A stretch of DNA of 32,000 nucleotides from Synechococcus elongatus PCC 6301 (GTDB lineage Bacteria; Cyanobacteriota; Cyanobacteriia; Synechococcales; Synechococcaceae). The stretch lies in the NCBI RefSeq assembly GCF_000010065.1, contig NC_006576.1:330001-362000 (forward strand), given 5' to 3'. Positions 18,254-26,002 of this stretch are shown here, piece after piece (position 1 is the stretch's first letter; each line of letters begins with the position of its first letter). A program made the translations under genes and the position numbers. The notes beneath the pieces were generated by a model that saw only the letters and a list, made by a program, of their open reading frames with translations, was not told the origin of the DNA and ran no database searches.

Positions 18254-18482
18254 TGTGCGATCGCTCTCCACCAAAGACTTCAGCCTCACGGCCCACCCAC
18301 CATTCACCCAGACCCATCAGCTCTTGGTGCAATTCCGCGATCGCAGCTTCATAAGCGGCGGGTTCCATGCAATCGCGATCGTCTTGCAGCTTTTTCAGAC
18401 GCAACTGCAACAACAACCAAGGTTTGCCGACTCCCTCAGTTGCACTGATGTAGCGTCCTAGCGCATCGCTGTCTAAATCCAT
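18243..18482 (-). CDS. hypothetical small acidic helical protein (79 aa)
   Basis: ATG at 18480-18482, 4 nt after the crtH stop. Its 3' end overlaps the next gene's start by 11 nt. Translation: MDLDSDALGRYISATEGVGKPWLLLQLRLKKLQDDRDCMEPAAYEAAIAELHQELMGLGEWW... Confidence 0.6.
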   Translation of the reverse strand: MDLDSDALGRYISATEGVGKPWLLLQLRLKKLQDDRDCMEPAAYEAAIAELHQELMGLGEWWVGREAEVFGGERSHNDD

Positions 18483-18486
18483 TGCC

Positions 18487-20001
18487 TTAGACCAAACCCA
18501 AGTCAGCGGCGACCCGGTGGCCACAGGCGTAACCTGAGAAAGCCACTGCGTTTAGTCCCTGACCGGGGAAAGTGCTGTCGCCGACGCAGTACAAACCAGG
18601 AATTGCGGTGCGATTGAAGGGCATCCCCAGCAAGCCTGCCAATTTACGACGCGGAATTGGCCCATAGGTGCCGTTTTGCCGACCCAAAAAGCGGCGATGG
18701 GTGCGGGGCGTACCGACTTCTTGATAGTCGATCGCGCTGCTTAATCCCGGGAAGATCGCCTCCAATCGCTGAATCAGTTTTGCGGCCGCTGCTGCCTTGC
18801 GATCGCGGTATTCACTGGGGCTGAGGTTATCCCATTCACCCAACCAGCTGGGCGTGAAGGTGTGAATAATGTGGCGATCGGGCGGAGCTAAAGAGGGATC
18901 GAGCAGGGTCGGAATCGAGACAAAGATTGTGCCTTGTTCCACTTCCAATTCATCCCAATTTTCCAGCAGGATGTGGTGGCATTCTGTGCCAGCTGGCAGC
19001 AAATCGGCTTTGACTCCGAGATGAAGACTGAGGAAACTGGGCGACTGGCGATAGCGTTGTTGCCAGCGCTGTTCCTGAGCGGGTTCTTGTTGTGGCGGTA
19101 GCAGTTCGCCAAAGGTATTCCAGCGGGTGGCGTTGGAGATAATTCGCTTCGCGTAGAGTTTTTCACCATCCGCCAATTCCACGCCGATCGCTCGACCCTT
19201 TTCGGTAAGAATGCGGGTGACTCGGGCTTTATAGCGGATGCTGCTGCCCTTAGCTTCCAGACCGGCCACCAGCTTTTCAGCAATGCGGCCAACACCGCCC
19301 TTGGGATAGTTAATTCCGCCGTAGTGGCGATCGCTAAAGACCATACCAGCATTGATCATCGGTGTCATCGTGGCAGGCACCACCGACCAGCAGTAGCACT
19401 CCATGTCGATGAACTTCAGCAGATCGGGATTGCGAATGTAGCGCCGTGCAATATCACCAACATTCTGGGGCAGATATTTGACCAGGCCCAAGCAGGCCAA
19501 AGGGTGTTGCAGGAAGACATTGAACAGATACTTCGGTTCCTCGAGCGACAGTAGTGGCATCGCATTAAGGCAGTTGAACACCTGCCAACACTCGTCGTAA
19601 AAACGACGAATTCCCTCCGCTTCCTGGGGGAACTGGGCGATCAGTTCTTGTAGGAAAGCTTCGTAGTCCCGATGCACCTTGAGATCGAGCTGGTTCGGCA
19701 AGTGGTAATGAATCTGCACCGGATCGGGGATAGTTTCCAGCGCTTGCCCAACATCGGCCAAGGGGGGAGTCAGCAAATTAGTCGTGCCGGGATCGCCAAA
19801 GCCAAAGATTATCGATGCGCCGAAATCGAAGCGATAGCCTTCCCGCTCGAACCAGCCCGCACTTCCGCCCGGAATCAGATAGCGCTCGAGCACCAAAACC
19901 TTTGCGCCTTTGGCTGCGAGCTGGGTTGCCGTCACGAGTCCGCCAATGCCCGAGCCAATCACGATGGCGTCGTAGGCGGGTGCAGCGATCGCAGCAGTCA
20001 T
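18487..20001 (-). CDS. crtH: carotenoid (prolycopene) cis-trans isomerase, FAD-dependent
   Basis: ATG at 19999-20001 gives [49 protein letters not shown], 504 aa. C-terminal [22 protein letters not shown]. The track ORF is extended upstream to 20145. Confidence 0.88.
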   Translation of the reverse strand: MTAAIAAPAYDAIVIGSGIGGLVTATQLAAKGAKVLVLERYLIPGGSAGWFEREGYRFDFGASIIFGFGDPGTTNLLTPPLADVGQALETIPDPVQIHYHLPNQLDLKVHRDYEAFLQELIAQFPQEAEGIRRFYDECWQVFNCLNAMPLLSLEEPKYLFNVFLQHPLACLGLVKYLPQNVGDIARRYIRNPDLLKFIDMECYCWSVVPATMTPMINAGMVFSDRHYGGINYPKGGVGRIAEKLVAGLEAKGSSIRYKARVTRILTEKGRAIGVELADGEKLYAKRIISNATRWNTFGELLPPQQEPAQEQRWQQRYRQSPSFLSLHLGVKADLLPAGTECHHILLENWDELEVEQGTIFVSIPTLLDPSLAPPDRHIIHTFTPSWLGEWDNLSPSEYRDRKAAAAAKLIQRLEAIFPGLSSAIDYQEVGTPRTHRRFLGRQNGTYGPIPRRKLAGLLGMPFNRTAIPGLYCVGDSTFPGQGLNAVAFSGYACGHRVAADLGLV

Positions 20002-20458
20002 AGCAGGTGTCAAACAGGTTCGATTTCTGAGTGTAGCCCGCTCAGCCTCGGCCCCAACGCAGAAAAAAAGGGCGACCCACCGCCGCCCCAAATGCCGATC
20101 CTGCTTGGCTGTGTGCCCAAGAGGAGAAGAGAACACGTCGCCCACTACTGTAGGGCGAACTGCTATTTAATGCAATAGATTCTCAATAAATAAATTGATC
20201 AAGCGCTGACCAGGTTGCGATCACCTTCTGATAAGTTACCTAGAATCCTTGACGAATAACGCGATCGCTGCGTAGTTACTCGCTGGGATGGTCGAGCGAT
20301 CGCCAAGAGGGATTATCAATTATTGAAAAACTGTTGCGTTTGGCAAAAGCTACAGATTAGGTCTACCGTCCTAACCACCGTGGGACGAGAAGCCTTGGCT
20401 TCGGTTGGGGTTCAGTCCGTCACTAAAAATCAGAATCAGCATCCACCGCTTCGGCCGA

Positions 20459-20914
20459 TCAGCCCTCAAGGCAGCCACGCCCATCTGTCAGCAAGAGCCG
20501 CTCTTCCCGCGAGTCATACTCGAACAGTTCTACGTAGCACCCCCAGTCCACCGCAGTAGTGAACTGCTGTTTGGCCCCTAGTCGAGGAGACTGATTTTCC
20601 CACAAGTTCAGGAAGAAGCCGGTTTGCAGCGAGTAGCTGCGACGCTCGCGCAGGGTTTGCACGATGCTGCTGATCCCAGAACTGTGCTGCAGCACCTGTT
20701 GCCGAAATCGCTTCTTAATGGGCAGGATCGTTGTTGCAGCAAAGTCTTTGCCGATCGCCGTCAATTGCACTTGACCCTGCTCAAGCTCGGCAAACTGCAA
20801 CATCACGGCCGCATCAATGAGTGGCAATCAATCATCGACTTCCAGTTGCAAACGCTTCGCAAGTTTAGGAATTATGCGACAGGCTGAAGTTTGCGCGTCA
20901 GTTATGTTTGACCT
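20459..20914 (-). pseudogene. decayed fragment resembling the C-terminal AAA-associated domain of NitT/TauT-type ABC ATPases; no ATPase domain is attached
   Basis: The minus-strand translation reads ...IIPKLAKRLQLEVDD*LPLIDAAVMLQFAELEQGQVQLTAIGKDFA...TAVDWGCYVELFEYD. There is an in-frame TGA at 20828-20830 and another stop at 20915-20917. The 122-codon ORF 20459..20827 begins only at a TTG. Confidence 0.5.
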
Positions 20915-21140
20915 TCAATCGCTGTCAGATCCTTGGAATACGTTGAGTTTTTATTGTGGGAGTTTCTCTGAAAGCACGACTTAATCCACATCCAATTCCC
21001 AGCTTCCTTGCATGACTCTGCAAGTCACTTGCTCTGAATGACGGTAGCAATGATTCTTGGAACTGATCAGGATCAATAAAGCCCTATTGGAATGGTTCTC
21101 CTGTCGCTATTGGCTAACACAACCACTCTCTCATGATGGC

Positions 21141-22439
21141 TTAACTCGAGGGTGATGTTGAGCCCAGAGAATCGCGAGATGTTGCGATCGCGGCCGGAGA
21201 AGAAAACTCGCTAATCCAGTGCAGGTCAGCCCCCAGGTCAATCACCCCTTCACAGAAGCGATCATTAACCACCTCAAACACCAGCGCCTCATCAATCCAG
21301 TCGTAAACCTCGCAATCTTCACTGGTGATTGCAATGCTGATAGTGTAAACCCCCGCATTAAGTTGGTTTCGCCAGCGAAAACTCAACTCCGGAGAACTAC
21401 CAGCAGCCAAAGCCTTCGGTCGTTTCTCGAGCTGTAGATTGTTGGTTCCATAGATCACAACCCCGTATAGATTGCGAATCGATAGACCAATCAGGGCATC
21501 AGGTAAATCCTGATGAATTTGCAATTGGAAAGTGAGGGTCAGGTCACCGCCTTGGAGCACCTTATCAGCCTGCAGACCTGAGCCGCTGAGCCAAGCTTTC
21601 GAAATCGTGGCGCGGCCATTGCCATGGCGATTGGGATGAGCGGCCTGCTCGACATAGCAGAGACCGGCCTGTTGGGTTTCCTGCGCCAGCGGTCGATAGT
21701 TGTCCCGATCCTCCAGCCCCAACAGTTGGTTGTAGTGATTCAGCACCCAATTGGGATTGCCTCGCTCTAGAATCCGGCCGCCCTCCAGCAGAACTGCTTC
21801 ATCACAAAGCATCCGCACAGCGTTGGCGTCGTGGGAGACAAACAGAATCGTGGTGCCCTTTTCCTTCAGTTCGCGAATTCGCTTCATACAGCGGGCTTGA
21901 AAGCGGGCATCACCAACCGCTAACGCTTCATCAACAATCAACAACTCCGGATCAAGGTGAGCCACTACCGAAAAAGCCAACCGCACCATCATGCTGCTGG
22001 AGTAGGTTTTGACCGGCTGATCTAGGAAGTCACCAATTTCGGCAAAGGCAACGATCTCAGCAAAGCGATCGCGAATTTCTTGGGGGGTCAGGCCGAGCAA
22101 CTGCCCATTGAAAAAGACATTCTGGCGGCCGGTAAATTCTGGATTGAACCCACTGCCCAGCCCCAACAGCGCTGCTACACGGCCACGCACCTTGACCCGG
22201 CCACTACTAGGGGTCAGGGTTCCTGCCACAATCTGCAGTAGGGTGCTTTTGCCCGCGCCATTGCGGCCAACAATGCCTATTGTGCGACCGGGCTCTACCT
22301 GCAAACTAATGTTTTCCAGTGCTTGGAAGGTCTGCACCCGGGAGGTACGAGGAAATAGCAATTCCCAAAGGCGATCACGGGGATGCCTGTAGCGCTGGAA
22401 GCATTTGCTCACAGCCTCCAATTCCAGCACAGGATCCAT
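21141..22439 (-). CDS. wzt: Wzt/TagH-type polysaccharide-export ABC transporter ATP-binding protein with a C-terminal Wzt_C-like beta-sandwich domain
   Basis: ATG at 22437-22439 (MDPVLELEAVSKCFQRY...). Walker A GRNGAGKST, signature YSSSMMVRLAF, Walker B LLIVDEAL, and FVSHD. The C-terminal ~150 aa (LTLTFQLQIHQDLPDALIGLSIRNLYGVVIYGTNN...) follows the glycan-binding domain pattern. Confidence 0.8.
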   Translation of the reverse strand: MDPVLELEAVSKCFQRYRHPRDRLWELLFPRTSRVQTFQALENISLQVEPGRTIGIVGRNGAGKSTLLQIVAGTLTPSSGRVKVRGRVAALLGLGSGFNPEFTGRQNVFFNGQLLGLTPQEIRDRFAEIVAFAEIGDFLDQPVKTYSSSMMVRLAFSVVAHLDPELLIVDEALAVGDARFQARCMKRIRELKEKGTTILFVSHDANAVRMLCDEAVLLEGGRILERGNPNWVLNHYNQLLGLEDRDNYRPLAQETQQAGLCYVEQAAHPNRHGNGRATISKAWLSGSGLQADKVLQGGDLTLTFQLQIHQDLPDALIGLSIRNLYGVVIYGTNNLQLEKRPKALAAGSSPELSFRWRNQLNAGVYTISIAITSEDCEVYDWIDEALVFEVVNDRFCEGVIDLGADLHWISEFSSPAAIATSRDSLGSTSPSS

Positions 22440-22686
22440 AGAGGTATTGCCTATCACTCGCCAACCAGCTGTGGGGTTGAGTTTACCGCAGCTCTCCTTG
22501 CTTCTCGACCCAGCCCCTGCTGCAGCGATCGCAGTGGGGACTGATGCCTTAGCCAGCAACATTGATTGACATCCGGGAGAGCCACCGTAAGGATGATGCG
22601 AGAACAGTCGTGAGCTTGACCCCAGCAGGATTCACCGAGCAGCAGGGTCAGCCCATCAGTCTGGCGTTGCGATCGCGATAGTTGGC

Positions 22687-23382
22687 ATGGCAGATTCTTC
22701 GGCAGTTCAGCAGCATCCTCTCTTTGCCAATCTCTCAGCCGAACAACTCGCTCGGCTGACCCAAGCCAGTCGCCCGCGACACTATCCAGCAGGCCAAGCG
22801 GTGCTTCTGGAACATGACTGGAGTGATGGTTACTACTTGATCACAGCAGGGATTGCCAAAGTCGCGATCGCGAGCTCCGGCGGCGATGAAGTCATTGTGG
22901 GACTACTAGGGGCAGGGGAGTTGTTTGGCGAACTGCGGGCGCTGGGTTTCGAGGCCCGAACCGCAGAAGTCACTGCGCTCACAGCGTTGCAAGTGATTCA
23001 TCTGCAATCTACGCCCTTGAGCCAAGCCTTGCAGGTTGAACCGCAGCTCGGTCTGCGTCTAGCCCAGGGGTTGGCACGACGACTTTTGGAGACCAATCGT
23101 CGCTTTGCCTATCGCAGTGAGGATGCCACTGCCCGTGTGGTTGAGGCCTTGGATTGTCTGGCCCAAAAAGCAGCACTCCCCCAGACGACCAGCGCTTGGC
23201 AACCCGTCCCCCTGATCAACGTCAGCATTGTTGGGAGTTTGGCCGGGATGGCACGGGAGACCGCCTCTCGGGAGTTGAGCACCCTAGAAAAGCGGGGTTT
23301 CCTCGTTCGCAAGTCCGATCCGTGGCAGCTGTCTGTGCAGCTCTTGAGGCGCTATGGCCTCCGCGCGGAGAGTGCTTCCTGA
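22687..23382 (+). CDS. Crp/Fnr-family transcriptional regulator (cNMP-binding domain plus C-terminal HTH)
   Basis: 231 aa. LLGAGELFGELRAL...RTAEVTALTALQVIHL, then HTH IVGSLAGMARETASRELSTLEKRGFL. Confidence 0.88.
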   Translation: MADSSAVQQHPLFANLSAEQLARLTQASRPRHYPAGQAVLLEHDWSDGYYLITAGIAKVAIASSGGDEVIVGLLGAGELFGELRALGFEARTAEVTALTALQVIHLQSTPLSQALQVEPQLGLRLAQGLARRLLETNRRFAYRSEDATARVVEALDCLAQKAALPQTTSAWQPVPLINVSIVGSLAGMARETASRELSTLEKRGFLVRKSDPWQLSVQLLRRYGLRAESAS

Positions 23383-23746
23383 TCGAGCCTTGCTGCTAAA
23401 GCGATCGCAGGCAGCCCATCAACGCTACTGTGATCGATCTCACAAGCGCCCCTGATCCAGCGCACAGCATTGGGACGATCGCCGCCGCAGGCTAGAAGCA
23501 ACCCGCACTCAGCAGGCTTGCTCTGCACTCGACCATGGCTGCACCCACTCCCATCACTCGGACCGCAGTATTGGTGAACAGTGGTCTTTGTACCGCCGCT
23601 CTATTGTTGCTGTCACAGTTGATGACTCTGCCGCCATCGCCACTGCCGATCGCTCCAGGATTGCCCGTCGCCCAACGGCCCAGCAGCTAATCCAGATAGC
23701 GATCACACCACAAGGACGGACTCGGTTTCGACGCGATCGCACCGAG

Positions 23747-24676
23747 CTAGAACAGTTGGCTCAACGTCTTAAAATCACATAATTCAGCGGTCATCGCTTC
23801 GCGGCAGAGCTGACGAAAATGGCGCACCGGCGGCAGACTGAGTTGCTCCTCAGGAATGACCAGCTTGATGCGACGAGTCAGGCGCGGTTCTGCAGTAGGG
23901 CGAATCACAAGGCGCGGATCATGTCGGGCATCGACCAAGGCGGCTTGCGGTAACAGCGCCAGCCAGTAGCCTTCTCGCACCACCCCCCGAAAGCTGTCAA
24001 GGGAGTTGAGTTCGAGACAACTATTCAGCTCTAACCCCAACTCTCGAAAGCGCTGCTCGACCAAGCGCTGCATCCCGTAGCCATCCTTAAAGACAACTTG
24101 GGGGACATGACTGAGTTGCTCCCACGCGATCGCCTTTTGGTCAGCAAGAGGATGATCAACGGAGAGCAGAACCTGCACTTCCTCTTCGAGCAGCAAATCC
24201 ACCACGAGACCGGCACTAGTGGTCAAAGTGGGCGAGTCCATCACGATCGCCAAATCAATCAAGCCATCCCGCAGCACTTTCAGCGCGCGATCGCTGCCAA
24301 GGGTACTTACGCGCAAATGAATGGAGGGCCACTGCTGCTGAAACCGGTTGAGGACAGCGGGCAGATAGCAGCCGCCGATCGAGTCTGCGATCGCCATGCA
24401 TAATTCGGTTTGACGCCCCGTCAGCAACTCTTCAATTTCAGTGCAAGCGGTTTGCCACTCTTGGCAAATGCGACGCAGCCGTGGCAGTAAACGCTCACCT
24501 GCTGCCGTCAGTTTCATCCGCCCCTGACGCCGAAACAGGGCAATCCCTAGCTCATCTTCCAATCCCTTGACTTGGCGACTGATCGTGGATTGATTACAGC
24601 CGACTTTTTGGGCTGCTTCTTGAAAACTTCCGGTTTCCGCCACCCGCAGCGCGGCTTGGAGCTGTTCTAGGCGCAT
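23747..24676 (-). CDS. ntcB: LysR-type nitrite-responsive activator of nitrate assimilation genes
   Basis: ATG at 24674-24676 gives MRLEQLQAALRVAETGSFQEAAQKVGCNQSTISRQVKGLEDELG (LysR HTH), 309 aa. It sits downstream of nirB and opposite nirA, as described for Synechococcus PCC 7942. Confidence 0.92.
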   Translation of the reverse strand: MRLEQLQAALRVAETGSFQEAAQKVGCNQSTISRQVKGLEDELGIALFRRQGRMKLTAAGERLLPRLRRICQEWQTACTEIEELLTGRQTELCMAIADSIGGCYLPAVLNRFQQQWPSIHLRVSTLGSDRALKVLRDGLIDLAIVMDSPTLTTSAGLVVDLLLEEEVQVLLSVDHPLADQKAIAWEQLSHVPQVVFKDGYGMQRLVEQRFRELGLELNSCLELNSLDSFRGVVREGYWLALLPQAALVDARHDPRLVIRPTAEPRLTRRIKLVIPEEQLSLPPVRHFRQLCREAMTAELCDFKTLSQLF

Positions 24677-25716
24677 GGCGACCCTTCCCACTCCTTAATC
24701 AGCGTTCGCACCGCCGTCAGCAGGGGTTCATCCGCAGGGGTATTCAGCAGCGATCGCAATTGCGACAACGCGCTACGGTCATCGAGCTGCTTGAGGCTAT
24801 AGAGGCAATCGGCCGGGCGCGGGCAGTTGGGCAACCACCGCAGCAGCAACAAGGTTGCCGCTCGTTTGTGGGGGTGCTGCCCCAGGGAACGGAGACAGGC
24901 TTGCCAATCGGCCGTTGTCCAAGCCGTTGTCGTCAGGCGGGACAAGCGAGTCAAGGCTTCTGTTGTGCGAGCATCGGCCAGGGCGGCCAGCGCTTCGGTG
25001 CGACCCCGACCCGATTGCATCGCGATCGCAACCAAGTAATCCCATGCTTCTGGCGTCGCGATCGCGGCAATTCCCCAAACTGCCACCTGCACAATGCTGG
25101 AGTCATGATCCTCCGCACCTGCCCGAAAGATCGCCAGCCGTTCACGCACCGTAAATAATTCCGAACTCCGCACCGCTTCCAAGGCCGCGCGGCGCACTTG
25201 AGGATCGGGATCCAAGCAGAGCTGTTGAAGATGCAGGCGACTGCTAGAGTCCCGCGCCGCCCCCAAGGCGGTAGCTGCCTGCGATCGCCATTGAGGATCA
25301 GGATCGCTACTCAAATCCCGGAGTTGCGTTAGCAGAGCCGGATCCTGACTGCTGGCTAAGGCCGGTAGTAGCCAAGTCCGTTCAGCTAAGTCGGCTAGGG
25401 CCGCTTGAATGATGTCAGTTGCATTCGACCCCTGGGCCAGCCAAGCTTTATAAATTTCTGTTTTGACCAAACCATCCCGACATAACTCGGTCAGGGCTTG
25501 CAAAACAGCGGGGATGCGATCGTGCTGCCAGAGACTGCAAAGGTGAGCCAATAACCACTGCGTCTGCCAGTCATCAGGTATCGCTTGGCAGCGCTGCAAC
25601 CCAGCTTCGAGGACGCGAACATCAACTGTTTTGGCCAGTTGCTGAACCTGTCGCCAACAATGTTCAAAATCACCGCTTGGCCAGCCGTCACTCTCTGCAA
25701 ACGCTGCATCAGTCAT
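24667..25716 (-). CDS. nirB: NirB, a helical-repeat protein required for full nitrite reductase activity
   Basis: ATG at 25714-25716 gives 349 aa. It is divergent from nirA and overlaps the ntcB start by 10 nt. The sequence is Leu/Ala-rich with repeated LxDPDPxVRxxAA-type HEAT-like units (DPDPQWRSQAATAL, DPDPQVRRAALEAV). Confidence 0.85.
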   Translation of the reverse strand: MTDAAFAESDGWPSGDFEHCWRQVQQLAKTVDVRVLEAGLQRCQAIPDDWQTQWLLAHLCSLWQHDRIPAVLQALTELCRDGLVKTEIYKAWLAQGSNATDIIQAALADLAERTWLLPALASSQDPALLTQLRDLSSDPDPQWRSQAATALGAARDSSSRLHLQQLCLDPDPQVRRAALEAVRSSELFTVRERLAIFRAGAEDHDSSIVQVAVWGIAAIATPEAWDYLVAIAMQSGRGRTEALAALADARTTEALTRLSRLTTTAWTTADWQACLRSLGQHPHKRAATLLLLRWLPNCPRPADCLYSLKQLDDRSALSQLRSLLNTPADEPLLTAVRTLIKEWEGSPCA

Positions 25717-25783
25717 GTGCAATCAATACAGGTTAAAAACCATGCTAATGGCTCCACCTAAGCGGGCTTCAGAGTCAAGGCTT

Positions 25784-25797
25784 GTAGCAATTGCTAC
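25784..25797. promoter_or_regulatory. NtcA-type box GTAgcaattgcTAC (distal, probably serving the nirB-ntcB promoter)
   Basis: Exact GTA-N8-TAC in the nirB-nirA intergenic region. Confidence 0.65.
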
Positions 25798-25854
25798 TAA
25801 AAACTGCGATCGCTGCTGAAATGAGCTGGAATTCTGTCCCTCTCAGCTCAAAAA

Positions 25855-25868
25855 GTATCAATGATTAC
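25855..25868. promoter_or_regulatory. NtcA-type box GTAtcaatgatTAC
   Basis: Exact GTA-N8-TAC, centred 69 nt upstream of the proximal box. Confidence 0.65.
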
Positions 25869-25894
25869 TTAATGTTTGTTCTGCGCAAACTTCT

Positions 25895-25907
25895 TGCAGA
25901 ACATGCA
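25895..25907. promoter_or_regulatory. LysR-type T-N11-A inverted repeat TGCAgaacaTGCA; candidate NtcB site
   Basis: TGCA-N5-TGCA lies between the two nirA-side NtcA boxes. It fits the LysR T-N11-A consensus. Confidence 0.5.
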
Positions 25908-25923
25908 TGATTTACAAAAAGTT

Positions 25924-25965
25924 GTAGTTTCTGTTACCAATTGCGAATCGAGAACTGCCTAATCT
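25924..25965 (+). promoter_or_regulatory. nirA NtcA-activated promoter: GTAgtttctgtTAC, 22 nt, then TAATCT (-10)
   Basis: GTA-N8-TAC at 25924-25937 and TAN3T hexamer at 25960-25965, exactly 22 nt apart (the canonical class II NtcA architecture). This predicts a start about 32 nt before the nirA ATG. Confidence 0.8.
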
Positions 25966-26002
25966 GCCGAGTATGCAAGCTGCTTTGTAGGCAGATGAAT
26001 CC

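Noticed and set aside
20407-20420. The tRNA-like T-loop string ggggttcagtccgt.
   Set aside because: The flanking bases do not form a T-arm, and no acceptor, D or anticodon stems can be drawn around it. It is not a tRNA or tmRNA.
20323-20559. A 78-aa plus-strand ORF in the crtH-upstream region, and the 64-aa ORF 23588..23782 overlapping the ntcB 3' end.
   Set aside because: Both have non-ATG or contextless starts, compositionally odd products (Pro/Ser/Thr/Arg-rich) and overlap with better-supported features on the other strand.
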